Position numbers and translations under genes: made by a program
Assembly: GCA_013265495.1 (NCBI GenBank)
Contig: MU058423.1
Span: forward strand, 7,177,449-7,241,448
DNA: 64,000 bases
Reading direction: 5' to 3'
Origin: Vicugna vicugna
Lineage: Eukaryota
Shown here: positions 39,591 through 52,739 of the stretch, one piece after another
How positions within the stretch are numbered: position 1 is the first letter of the stretch
How the letters are laid out: each line of letters starts with the position of its first letter
Notes under the pieces: model-generated
What the model saw: only the letters and a program-made list of their open reading frames with translations
What the model was told of the DNA's origin: nothing
Databases searched by the model: none

Positions 39591-41699
39591 AGAAAACTAT
39601 CTCTAAGACCTACTAAAAATATGGGGACAATATCTGAGAGTTAAGTGCTTGTGGAATTGTAATATATAAATTGTAAAATATACGTGCTAAACTTGATTGG
39701 GTTTTTATGACATGCCGCTCTGTTCTTAAGGAGCAGGGCCATATGTAGTATAACTCATATAAGAGTTGTTTCATATAACCTTTCTGAGTGAATTTAAAAT
39801 TATAATACATGACATTTTTGATGGTTCTGAATATTATTTCTTCTCCTTTCTGATATTTTTGATGGATTAAGAGGAATGTACACAAGAACATCGCTGTTAA
39901 CAATAAAACAGCTAGTAACAAGGCAATATACAATAGCCCTAGTTCAAGGGAAAAAAAGAATGTAATATGGAAAATAGAAATGAATTAAAAGAGTGCAGTT
40001 CAAATAGAGGAAGGCGGAGGAGAATTTTAAATAACATTTCAGAGTTTACTAAGCACTTGGGGACTCTGTGACACTGGATACTCTGATTGGTAGGGAAGAG
40101 GCATTTTGGTGGGAGGAAGGGTACAGCTTCTTTTCCTTTTCCTTTCGAGCTGTGAGGGTGTCTTCTTGTTCTGCAGGCTCTGGAGTCAGCTGAAGGACAG
40201 ATGAGATAGGGTTTGAAAAAAGGAAAAATAAACTGTAGATTTCAAAATCTTGAAGGACAAAATTCAAAAATACTCTTTGACAATATCTAGCCACCTGAGG
40301 ATATTAAAATTACTGACCAAATGGTGGGTCATAAACGTACATATGAAAGCAGACTAAAACAAGGCCTAATGACCAATGTGAAGACTTAGATTGATCATTG
40401 ATTTGTGGCTTAATGAAAGCAAAAACTTTTCTTTGTCCCTGCTGAGATGACATAGTTAGAAAAGGAAAATTCTCTCACTGGAGCTGGAAAAGCAGTAGGT
40501 TGAGTTCAGTATCTAGGGAGTAATGGAAAAGGATGGGCAGCAGGAGGGCAGGCGAGTGAGGGGAAGGATCTGAAAAGAGCAAGAGTAACCACTGTGGCCC
40601 CAAACCTGAGTCTGCAGCAAGAGGAGTTTCCAAATCTGAAGGGCAAGGCTTCAGCAGGGCTAGAGAAGACGCCATCCAGATGGGGCCGGAAGCTGTGGTG
40701 CGGCCGCTTGGGAGGCTGTCCTCCTGGGGCGCTCCAGCCAGCCCACTCACATTCCCAAGTAAAGGCTGACGAGATGAGGTTGCTGCCTGTCAATAAGTGG
40801 CAGCTGGCGGAGATGCAGTTTCTGTGACAAGCTGGAACGAAGAAGTGACCCAAACCAAAAAACCCCAATGGGAATGATGAACTATGCAGAAAAGCGAGAG
40901 ATGCATACTCTTGCACGAGGTTTATCTACGCTGGGCTATTTACAGTCTCCTGATACATTATTTCAGAAATAAACGCATTATACATCATTGTACGAAGTCT
41001 TGCTTGCTTACTTTATTATAACGTCTCATCCTGCCTCACATTGGTATTTCCGTCCTTACTGTCGTACTGTTTTGCTTGTATCTCCGCTGCATTGCAAAGA
41101 CGTTGTTGTTGTTGTTTTGGACACAGTATATGTTATCTAATTTTTTGCATCCACAGTACACAGCAGTTGTTCTGTGCCCAATATGCTCCTTGGTAACCTG
41201 AATAAACAAATGGCTAGATCGTTCAATCTACTAAGACATTAACACCTGAAAACTAGAAAATCAACATGTAATGAATGCTCACTTGTAAAGCAGGATTTAT
41301 AAATTTGCTATGGTATAAAATACGATGTATTTTTTATTTCTGCTTTATTTGAACCATAAAGGGAACTATAAATTGTCAAATATAACCTCTTTTGATCTCT
41401 CAACTTCAAATCAAGTTTTCTGTAGACTATGATTCCAACTTCATGACTAACGTATTTTACTGACAGATTATTTTGTTCAAGTAGAAGCGGTGAGAAAACA
41501 AGTTTTCTTTGTTTTAATAGTTCATTCATTTACTTATAAAAGCAATTCTTACTTGGTTTTACAATATTAACATACATTATTATTAACATAGGTTTAACAA
41601 CATTGCGCTGACTCTTTAGAATGTAACAGTCTCCCATTCACATAGATTATAATTTAGTGGTTTAAATCACTGATCCCCAAATCTAATATGATTATGTGA

Positions 41700-42360
41700 C
41701 AGTTCAGCTTGAAACCTGCTGTGATCTCATTACATACAGAAGAAATCAATACAGGCTTCTTAGCATGGACTGCATGGTCTTTCATAACCTCATTCCAACC
41801 GATTTCAAGCCTGATCTCCTGGAACTTGACTCATTAACCTGTGCGGTTGCCACCCTGAACTTCCCACCATTTTCTCTACACACATCAGACTCTCCAAAAG
41901 AGGAATCCGCCTGCTTCTTTCCATATCCACTCCTATTTCCCCAGTTCAAGGTCCATCCAATTCTACCTGGACTTCTGCAGCAGTTTCCAACTGGTCTACC
42001 CATATGATTTTTAAATTAGTTTTCCAGGGTGTATTCAAGGTAAATATGTTAAAACAAAATTCTGAAAGTTACTTATAATAGATTAAGGAATAGACATCAT
42101 TCACAGGATAAGAACTAAACAAGATCTAGACATGATATGGTCTGCCCTACCTCTCCAGTCTCTCCCAGTTTCACCTTTACATTCATTTTCTGTGCTCAGC
42201 TATACTGCTTCCATTCCTCCTTTTTCATTTATTTGAAAATATCAGTCTTCCCCATAACACTACCATGATGTTTCCTTCACCTGGAATTCTTTTCTGGGGT
42301 ACCCCTTTTCACTTTAGTGGATTCTTATTCATTTTTCAAGTATCAATTTAAAAATTATGG
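41700..42360 (+). mobile_element. L2 relics
   Basis: cctggacttctgcagcagtttccaactggtct; tggtctgccctacctctccagtc; ccttcacctggaattct. Confidence 0.55.
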
Positions 42361-42364
42361 CTTT

Positions 42365-44850
42365 CGGCTTCCCATTTCTTTTTGGAGTGGAGAGAGATAG
42401 ACAGAGTGCCACTCTCACCTTCATACAACAAAAACAAAAAAAGCAGCAAATTGCAAGTTCATGAATTTCTGGAACCACAAAACGGAACTCATGGCCCAAC
42501 CAACTAACCCAAAACTCAAGATGAGACTAGAGTCTGGAGGAAAAGAAAGGACAGGAGCACCTCTTCCCCTGGGATGACAGAGCCAGGCACTGACAAGAAG
42601 CACACAGCTGGAGTTGCTAACAAATTGGCATCAGATTGTGTGTTCGTGTGAGTTTTGAGACCTGGGCGCTGCATGTATACGGGGAGTTCACACCCACTTG
42701 TTGGTTTTCCTACACAGACCACATAAGATGGTCCCAGAGAGATCAGTGAAAGTTGAGAGGAGAGGTCGGTCACCGTGCAGGGTTGGGGGAGGGAAACGGC
42801 AACTGTGCAGGAGGAGCACGGGCCCCGTTTTGATACATCTTCCCTACCTGCCTGGCAGAACTTCCTGCAGCAGAGAAGCAGTGAATGCTGTAGCCTGTGA
42901 GGCGTTAATGAAGACTGCTGAAGGAACCAAGGGGGCAGCATAGGAACACAGGCTTGTCCAGAGCCACCGCTGGAGGAGGGAGAATTAGACTCATCAGACT
43001 GAAAAATAATGACTGACAGGCGAGCCCTTCTCCTGGAAGAGGATCAGGATAGAACAAGACTGGAGAGGAACGCTCTCTCAGGCACACTGTAAAGAGAAGC
43101 CCTAAAGCTGAGGAGGAAGCAGAGATGATAACACCGTATAAAACACTAGCCCCCAACCTGAACACAACTTATCACCGAAGGAATTAGATGAGCAGGGCGC
43201 ACTGAAGGTAACAATAGCAGCAAAACCACCCCAGCCAAGGCCACGCCTGTCTGGAGAGCCCCAAACTCACACAGTGAAGGTCCAGCAGAAGAAAAAGCAT
43301 GCCGATTTTCAGGCCAAAAAAAAGTCATTTACCTCAGTAACTACTCTTACATAAGATGTCTGGTTTCTTTTTAAAAAAAGCATTAAAAGGTTTTGAAAAA
43401 GCAAGAAATAAGCAGTGCACTCCAAGAGACAAAATAATCAATAGAACAGACACAGATGTTAGAGATCTCTGAGGAGAATGTCAAAATCAGTGTAATTAAC
43501 ATGAAGAAGTCTCTAATGGAAGAGGGGGGCACTGAACAAGATCAGACGGGTAATTTCAGCAGAAAAGTAAAATATATTAGAAAGAAAAAAAATGCTAGAA
43601 ACAAGCAAATTAAAAAACAGTAACAAGATAAGGAATGCCTTCAACATACTTATGCCCAATACAGCCAATTAAACATGCTCCATGTGATCAACAAAAAAAG
43701 AAAAAGAAAAAAAAATTCAGTGACCTTGAAGATAGGTCCAAAGCAAAAAAGTATGAGAGAACAGAACAGAAAATCCAAGGGCCATTGGACAATATTAACT
43801 GGTCTAATAAATGTATTCTTGGAATCCCAGAAAGAGAGGAGAAAGTAATGGGGAGGAGAAATATTTGAAGATGGAACAGCCACAAGTTTTCTAAAATTTT
43901 AAACAGATACCACACACACACACACACACACCACCCTGGGCCTATCATATTCAAACTCTTGAAAATGAGAAAAACTTGAAGGCAGCCAGAGAAAAAGGAC
44001 ACATTATATAAAAAGACCAATGATAAGAATTACAGCACACTTTTTACCTGAAATCATACAAACACAATCAATTGTCATATTTGAAGTGCTACAAGAAAAA
44101 AACCATCTGCATAAAATTCTATACCCTAAAATATCTTCCAAAGCAAAGGAGAAATAGCTCCTTTAACATACATACACAAAGATGATTTATGTCCGGTAGA
44201 CCTGCACCACAAGGGGTATTAAGAAAAGCTCTTCAGGCAGAAAGACTATGAAATCAGACAGAAACTTGGACATACTAAAAAGAAGGGTGAATCCTGGATC
44301 TAAAATAAATTAAAGAAAGCATAAAATTCAGGTTTTTCCTTACTTTTATTTTTATTCTTATTTTTTAAAATACAGTTTTTTTTATTGTATTTTATTGGGG
44401 GGTGATTAGGTCTATTTATGTATTTATTCTTAGAGGAGGTCCTGAGGACTGAGCCCAGGACCTCGTGTACGCTAAGCATGTGCTCTACCACTGAGCATTA
44501 TCCTCCCCCCCTTTTCCTTACTTTTAATCTCTCTAATAGACAGCTCCATTGAAAGCAAAAATAGTGATATACTGTATGTTTAAACGATAGCTAGGTAAAA
44601 TGTATGACGTAACAGCACCGAAGATTGGAGGGAAGAACTGGTATATTAAATTGTAAGCATCTTAGGCTACACATTAAGGAATACAGCACTGTGTGTAAGT
44701 AGACATCATTAATGTAGCATAACATATAATGCAGGATACCTAAGGGTTTACACGCTATGAACAACCACTCGTTTTTCAAAAGTTATAAATGATGCCATAG
44801 TAGAGACAAGTTAGGATTGTAAAACATGCTCAATTAACTTCGGAGAAGAC
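42365..44850 (+). mobile_element. Old L1 5'UTR/ORF1 region (degenerate)
   Basis: EQKIQGPLDNINWSNKCILGIPEREEK resembles the L1 ORF1p NLRLIGVPE motif. aggcagccagagaaaaagg encodes an AAREK-like motif. Confidence 0.8.
44349..44511 (-). mobile_element. tRNA-Ala-derived SINE (camelid type) nested in old L1
   Basis: Reverse complement of the SINE at 21082. Perfect 15-bp TSD ttttccttactttta (44334-44348, 44512-44526). Confidence 0.92.
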
Positions 44851-44939
44851 ATTAATTCTCTGGTGTATACACTTATTTGCTTTGTACTCTTATTTCAGCT
44901 TATAGTAACACATTTTTTGGGTGATTGGTTAGCTGAATA

Positions 44940-45062
44940 CCTTTTCTCAGAAACTGCAAGCTCCATGGGAGCTGGGACCACATATGTTTCTGCATCAGAT
45001 TGCATACCAACAGCCTAGCACGGATAATAGGCTCAATAAATATTTACTGAATAAATGAATAA
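44940..45062 (+). mobile_element. L2 3' end
   Basis: gcaagctccatggg...cagcctagcac...ctcaataaatatttactgaataaatgaat. Confidence 0.75.
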
Positions 45063-46334
45063 AATTAACTTGCCTTTGCAAACAAATTTTTCTGTCTTCA
45101 ATGCCCTTCGTCCATTTCTCTACCTGGAAGAGTATCCAGTCTTTCAAGACATGAGCCACCACCTCCTCTTGTTCCCTTAATTCCCCATTTGTATAATATC
45201 CTTATTCAGTGCTTAATTTCTGTCAGCTCTTAACAAGGCACTGGGGGAGGGGTTGTCCAATTATAAACAAAATTTAGTCCCTGCTTTAAAGGAGTGCAGT
45301 TTAGTTTATTGACATGATAATTAGGCAACCAATGTTTGCAATGCAATGAGAATAGTGTGAATATGGTTAAGGGCTTTTGGTGACATCCAGAATGTGAGAG
45401 GATACAGAAAACAATTACTGTGAAAAGCTACATTATACCACTTTTCTAATTATTGAGCAATCACAAGTAGGGATCCCACTTGTTACAAGTGTATCATTTG
45501 ATCATTTTATTTCCCTGATTTTTTTTTTAGGAACAGAAATTACCTAGTTTAAGAAAAATTGATTAAATGACATTTGTATAATTAAGTACATAATAATTTT
45601 TTCATGTGCTTACTTGGTATGTTTAGTAAAATTTATAATTACAGGGTACACTGTAGAAGCAGCCGAGATCTGGTGTAGTTACACATTAACTCTAATTATT
45701 ATGTTGAAATTAGCTATAAAAATAGTCACAGAGGTGCTAGACTCGTCCTTGAAATCATAAAGATTTAAGCATATATATGGGAAAATTCGTGCTGTTGTGC
45801 AATATATAATAGTTTATAACTTGATATTCCCTTTAATGTTGGTGACCCCTTGTAGAGGAGAACTTCTCCCTTTGGGCTCTATTCCCAGTTTCTAAAGTAT
45901 ATGAGCCATGATATACAGACCTGTTAGCTTGCTCCTGCATCCTAATTTCCAGGTGTAGACAGGACTGGAAATGCCCTTTGAGTGAAGAAGTTTAAGACCT
46001 AAGGGTGACTCTTAGGGAAATACAAAACAAAACATGCTCCTTATTTCTGATCTTCAGTGTTTTCCTTGCACAACATGGGGACTTCAATTGCTCCCCACCA
46101 TGCTCCAAAATTTCAACTCTACTATCTTGTCACCTAACATCTTCTCTTCACACACTCCTATTAACAAGTATGTATCTATATTCACCTAGATGTATTTATT
46201 TTATGAAAGGAATGCATGCAAATTATAAAGGATTCCGACAAATATAAAATTATTGTTGCCTTGGTGAATTTAAGTTTTTGTCATTTTCAAGTAATTCACT
46301 TTATCTCTAGAATGCTTTCAGTCTAAATTTTTTT

Positions 46335-47167
46335 TAAAAAACTTGAGACAAATGAAAATCAAAATACAGCATGACAAAACTTATGAGATGCAGCAAAAGC
46401 AGTTCCAAATGGGAAATTTACAGTGATAAACACATACCTTAAGAAAATAGAAAGATCTCAAATAAACAAGCTAATTTTACACCTCAAGGAATTGGAAAAG
46501 GAGAAACAAATTAAGCCCAAATTAGTAGAAGAATAGAAATAACAAAATCAATGCAGAAAAAAAATAGAGACTAGAAAGCCAACAGAAAAGGTCAATAAAC
46601 CTAAGAGCTGTTTTTTTTGAAAAGACATCCAAATTAGAGAAAACTTCAGATTTACTAAGGAAAAAAAGACTAAAAAAATTAGAAACAAAAGAGGAGACAT
46701 CACAACTGAAACCGCACAAATACAAAGGATTATAAGAGACTACGATGAACAATTATACACCACAAATTGGACAACCTGAAAGAAATAGATATATTCCAAG
46801 ACACATGCAACCTACCAGAATGGAGTCATAAAGAATTAGAACATCTGAACAAACCAATTACTAGTAAAGAGATCAAATCAGTAATCAAAAGCCTCCCAAC
46901 AAACGAAAGTACAGGAACAGATGATTTCACTGATAAATTCTACCAAACATTTAAAAAGGTCTAATGCCAAACCTTCCCAAACTCTTCCAAAAGTTAGCAG
47001 AGAAAAGAATATTTCCAAATTCATTTTACAAGACCAGCAGTACCCTGATACCAAAACCAGACAGGGACATGACAAGAAAAGAAAAATACAGGCCAATATC
47101 TCTGATGATCATAGGTGCAAAAAATCCTCAACAAGATATTAGCAAACCAAAGTCAACAGTACACTAT
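46335..47167 (+). mobile_element. L1 ORF2 fragment (post-endonuclease to start of RT)
   Basis: EIKSVIKSLPT...[12 protein letters not shown] and PNSFY...LIPKPDRD...YRPISLM are L1 ORF2p motifs, frameshifted. Confidence 0.92.
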
Positions 47168-47785
47168 TGTAGAACTGAAATTTACTGAGAGTAGAACTGA
47201 AATGTTCAACCCTCTCCTTGGAGTCAATATCCTGGAATGGCTCACAGAACTCAGGAAAACACTTATTTACAGTTATTGGTTTATTATAAAGGATATAATA
47301 AAGGATACTGATGAACAAACAGATGAAGAGATCCATAGGGTGAGGTTCAGGAGGGTTCTGAGCTCGAGAGCTTCCGTCCTTGTGGAGTTGAGGGGCTCTC
47401 CCCGCCTGGCATGTGGGTGTGTTCTCCAGTGTGGAAGCTGTCAGAACCCCATACCTGGGGGAATCTTATGGAGGCTTCATCATATCTTAGGAAGGATGGA
47501 TAATTAACTTGGTTTCTAGCCCTTCTTATCTCTCCAGAAAACGGAAGTGGGGCTGAACGTTTCAAGCTTTCCAATCACGGCTTGATCTTATTGGTGACCA
47601 GTCCTCACCCAGGAGCCCACCAAGTGTTGCCTCATTAAAACAAAAGGCATTCCTATCACTCAGGAATTCCAAGGGACTTAGGAACTCTGTGTCAGATGCC
47701 ATCACTCAGGAAATTACAAGGGTCTTAGGAGCTCCATGTCAGGAATCAGGGGCTGAGATCTATATATATATCTGATTATTTCACA
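47168..47785 (-). mobile_element. MER21-like LTR, inverted relative to the copy at 38.8-39.6 kb
   Basis: TG...CA ends. gaatggctcacagaactcaggaaaacactt matches the reverse complement of 39285-39312. Confidence 0.8.
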
Positions 47786-48529
47786 CTCAGTGAAAGCAAA
47801 ATTCAGTTCTTTAAAATGATGATTAAAATTCAGCAATTGCTAAGAATGGAATGGATGTTGCTTAAGCTGTCAAATAATATATACAATACAATTTATTCTT
47901 GTACTGGAATTCCTCAGCAGAGCAGCAAGGAAAATTAAAGCAATAACTGATTGAACGAACAATGGGTAAACAATGCTATGTAACCTATAAATTTCATTAT
48001 CTCAAGTGACATAATTTTATACTTAGATAATCAAGTGAATCCATAATTAATTATTGTAACAGGTTACTGCATCATTAAAAATAATATATAAAAATAATGT
48101 ATTTCAATTAGTGGCAAAAATTAAAAATAAAATATAAACCATTCTGTTTAGAAATAATGTAACAACAATAAATGTAACAACAAAAGTGGAAAGTATCTAT
48201 CGAAAATATACAGTTTTGTTGAGAATTAAATTAAGCCTAAACAAATTGAAAGCTATAACATTGATGAATCATGCCATAAATTTTAAAGAACTATTCAGTA
48301 TTTTAAAATTTCTCAATTCTCAATAAACTAATCTATAATTTAACAAAGCCCACTTAAAATCCCAAATTATTTTGCATGTGGAAATGAGCAATATCTATCT
48401 AAATTTACATAGCAATGTATTTAAGAATAGCCAGAATCTGATTCGGTAGAATAAGGTAGGAAAATTTGTCCTAAAAGATATGGAGACTTAGAACAAATAG
48501 TATAATAAATAGGATAATGTGATTTTGGT

Positions 48530-48790
48530 ATCATCTTTCAATATAAAGCTTTTTTTGTCTACACTGAAAAATCTTTTATTTAGTGTAGCCACCTTCATTA
48601 GTGATCTCAGCTAGATCTTCTGAATAGCTTACTACAGCTTTTACATTAGCCCATGCTGTTTGACCTTGTACCTTCCTTTTTATGGAGACAGCTTCTTTCC
48701 TTAAACTTCATCCTCTACTTTGTTTCAGATTTTCCTTCTGCATCTTCACTTATCTTAGCCTTCACAGAATTAAAGAGGGTCAGATTCTTT
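48530..48790 (-). mobile_element. Tigger1-like (TcMar/pogo) transposase fragment
   Basis: gtgtagccaccttcattagtgatctcagctagatcttctg...tatggagacagcttctttccttaaac...agccttcacagaatt. Confidence 0.8.
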
Positions 48791-50861
48791 ACCCTATTGA
48801 TATAATTTATTGTTATTTTTAATTTATGCAGTAAATAATACTTTAAATTGATAATACACAAAACTATGTCACAAAAATTTAAAGGATATATGGAGTTGAT
48901 CAGATTCTAGTATCTCTCCCATTTATTCAGAGGAAGATTCAATAGAATCTGTAAATGTTCCTGTTCTTAAAAAAAAAAAAGTTCTAGTAAATAGTGCACA
49001 ATACCAGATTTGAAAAAGCAAGCTGTAAGAGTAGTAGGTACACTTTGCTTTATTGCTCTCTAGTTTTCTGTATGCTTGAAATTTCTCATAATAATAATAT
49101 TGAAAAATTAAGATGTTGGAAACAATAAGGCTAGAGAAATATGCTGTTACAATTCTACCATTGCCAAATTCTGATCAAAGTAACTATGTATCTGCATCCA
49201 AGTGTGTCAGCAGGTAAAAGTATAATTAGCATTCCTAACTGTTCTTCACAACTCTTTAGCAGAGTCTGCTTACTTTAACAGCTGTATTTGTAATGCAGCC
49301 TGTGCCTTGACAGATGACTAACAGAAGTAAATCAGCAAAATGATTCTCCCTCTTCTTCCATCCTCAGCCTCCAGGCAATCACAGAAACTATGAACATCTG
49401 CTTGAATGCTGATGGCCACGTTCACTGATTCAGTGCACCCAAATAAGCAACAATTAGTCTGTTCAGCGTGTGTCAAAAGATCCGTCAAGTTAATTCAAAT
49501 TAAGGCAGGATAAATTGAATCCGATCGGCATCGTGCATATTTGTATGCGAAGTTTAAACAAGCATCAACTATGCTATGTTATCTTTTGTTTACAAGCAAA
49601 ACAAGAATATATTGTTACATAATTTCAGAAATCGCTATTTCTCTGGATGGGAACATTTTCTGATGGATTTGAGTGGACTTCCATATTGCATGAGATTGAA
49701 ATAGTGTCATTTTTCTGGGACTTATTTATCTTATTTCCATTAATTAGCTCCTAGGTGCAAAAATGGATTTCAAAGCTAGAGATGCATGGATTTCCATAAA
49801 TTATGCTTCCAAAGGTGAGCCCTTTTTAGATAGAAACCTGACATTCATTTCTTACATTTTAAACATTCCACAAAATATCAATCAATGTCTTTAAGTGGTC
49901 AGGTGACAAATTCCCATCTCATTTATTGGTAAGCAATCTGTGGTATCAAATTCCTCTGTACTTGAGTGCAGAGAGAATCGAAACATTCTGAGAATTGGCG
50001 GCAACTCTTGGTAATCTGAGGGGCTCTTCACAGAAGAATGATTGCATGGCATTAATCATAATCTATCCCATTGTCCACCTGTCACAACTAGACAGTGCTC
50101 CACATTCCATTTCTATTGATGTTTGGTTGGAGTCATGCAAATGGTCACCAAAGGGCTGTACCCGACTGACCTTCCAAGGAGGAGCACCATCTTGCTGCTA
50201 TATTTCTAAAACACCCAGATGAAACATACCTTTGGGGAAAAATAGAAAATTGCTTTACCAAGCTCTTAAATGTTTACTTTGAATGACTCATATTCTCCCA
50301 CTTCTGACACTTCACCAGTGAGAGAGGAAGAAGGAGGCTGTTAGAATGTGTGATTCTGATTGAAGTTAGAAATAGAACTAAGAAAAAAGGGGGGAAAGGA
50401 GATCGCATTTTTTTAGGAAATAACGAACAATATGCCCTAGGATTTAGCAGAGAAGAAGTTCAAAATGACAATTAGCAAACACTTACCAGGATGCCTGCAG
50501 GTCTAGGCGTTGGTGAATATTTGCAGACAATTAGAGCAGGACAGACTCTAACAGGTCTCCATTTGGGTAAAATAGAAATAATTTAGTCTTATATGGGCCA
50601 GGGAGTTAGAAACACTTCCTATCATCGAATGTGAATCTCAAATAAATACTGGGCTGGCAAATAGCATTGCCTGACATGATGATATACATATTTTAATACG
50701 AATTCAGTGGCTAGAATTGGCATTGCAGAAGGAAAAAAGAATAAGAAGTAATGCGAAACATATTTCCCAAATAGTTAAATTATATTGACAGTGACTTGCT
50801 GTTAAAAGCTGATAATGGTGGGAGCCTTAGGACTATTCCCCGCAGCTATACCCTGGAATGC

Positions 50862-50884
50862 TTTTTTTTTTTTTTTTTTTTTTT
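50862..50884. repeat. Poly-T (23 nt)
   Basis: Seen directly. Confidence 0.95.
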
Positions 50885-52739
50885 ATTAAAGAGGCTTGGT
50901 GAAGCAGGTAAGATGTCTGGTCTCAGTGAGATAGAGCAAGAGTTTCTTTCGTACAGAGTTCTCTAGTGCTAACTCCGTGGGTGTGTGTGCATGTGCACGT
51001 GTACGCACACACTTCATATATATAAAGGCTTAAACAGAGAAATATCAAAATCCAGTTATATTGAGCTGTATTGAATGTCCAGTTTCAGAATAAAAGTTTT
51101 GCAGTTGTTGTCTGTTTTCAAGCCACACGTGGTCTTTATTTACCCATCTTCGATATTCAAAAACTTGTAGGGACTTAGGTTTGGCTTGAACTCCACCCGT
51201 GAAAGGTGCTGTTACGTCTTCTAGATGAGAAATATGTAATCCAATCATCTGCATTAGAAATAATGTAAATTTGAGCGACACGCGTGTTTGATAGTTATTA
51301 GGATGAGCAGACACAGATCTAGTCAATTTGTGGTCAGATTTACTCAGATACTACAAAGACGTGACAAAGTTGAGAGAAGTTACCAACTATTCTATCTTGA
51401 ATTACTCGCTCCATTTCTGAAATCAAGAAAACAGCATACACAACATAAAGTCCCCATACCAAACAAATTACCAGCCCCATCCGATGGGGGAGGTGGCTGT
51501 GTTCCCTGGTACTGCCAGTGTTCCTGCTGAGAGCTGAGACTGTTCATCAGGGATTACTCCAGACAATTCCCTGGAGTATACTTATTCTGACATTTCCATC
51601 ACATTCATCCTTTGTGCCTTCGAAATGTTTCAGAGCTTTGGAGATACCTGGACTAAGGCCAAGAAATTAGCCAGGAAGAAGAGAAATGATATAACCTGTT
51701 TCCTATTTTGTATGTTGTGTTCAAATGTGCAGACTATTGCTTTGACAGCCAGAGTGACAGAAGCTCTTAAATGAGCAAGCAGTCCCATGGGAGGAGAAAG
51801 AAAATAGAACCGAGAGTTATAAGTTTGGGCCATCTGAACTTAGATGCAAATGGAATCATTCTGAAATAGCTTGTTTCCAAGAACTTAGCAGAAATACTAA
51901 GATTAATAAAATCTCACATCTGTAAACCAGGTTGGCCTTTTTCTTTCCTTGAGTTCTTCCAGGAACCCAGAGGGCATGACTATACATAAGAGAAATTAAG
52001 AGAAAAGTATTTTTATCTTAGTTGGGCATTCTCAAGTGAGCCATGTGGGTATTTAACCTCTTCCAAACCTCTTCCTCCTCCTTGAGTCATCTTTGTGTCA
52101 GATCTTGCGGGTATCTTTATTTCTGTATTTATTTGTTGAATCTAAAAATGATAATTCTATTTTTCTCTATTATCATAGTCCTTTATAATTTGCCCAATCT
52201 TTCAGTCTTCTGATCCTTTCAAATGTGTTATGTCATCAAAGATATTTGCTACCTTCTGTCAGAAGCTACTGTGATAGCCACACCTTTATTCTTGTCATCA
52301 AAGTTTTAAAAATTTGAACAGTTCTATGTTAAATTCAGAGTTTTCTGTCACAGAACTGGAACCTTCCTCTAAACTTAGACTCAGTTTAGATTTAAAAAAA
52401 AAAACTGCCCTAGGAAAGAAGACAGCACAATTCCATTTTTAATAAGCTACAGATATGTATTGGTGGTCTATGAATATATTTCTTTATCTTGTCCACAAGT
52501 TTACCCTGAGAATGATCATCAAATAACTGAAATAAGGAAAATTTCACCGTGGGAAACATCTGCCATGCGGCCCACGAAACATCACTGGCTCCACTCACTG
52601 ACAATCGCCTTTACACGTGCCATCAGGAACCACTCCACTCAGGTCTTTTCCCAACCATGTTCTAATCCTGTCAAGGAAACATGGTCCCAGAGATACTAAT
52701 TCCACTCTCCCAGGAATGTTATTTACTTAAAGGATTTTT

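Noticed and set aside
42516..43328. Cluster of 60-141 aa ORFs
   Set aside because: Falls within a GC-rich old L1 5'UTR region.
42365..47167. Intact active L1
   Set aside because: ORF1 and ORF2 pieces are frameshifted, separated by unrelated sequence and apparently of different ages.
38820..47785. Full provirus bounded by two LTRs
   Set aside because: The LTRs are inverted and diverged, and the interior is L1/L2/SINE with no gag, pol or env.
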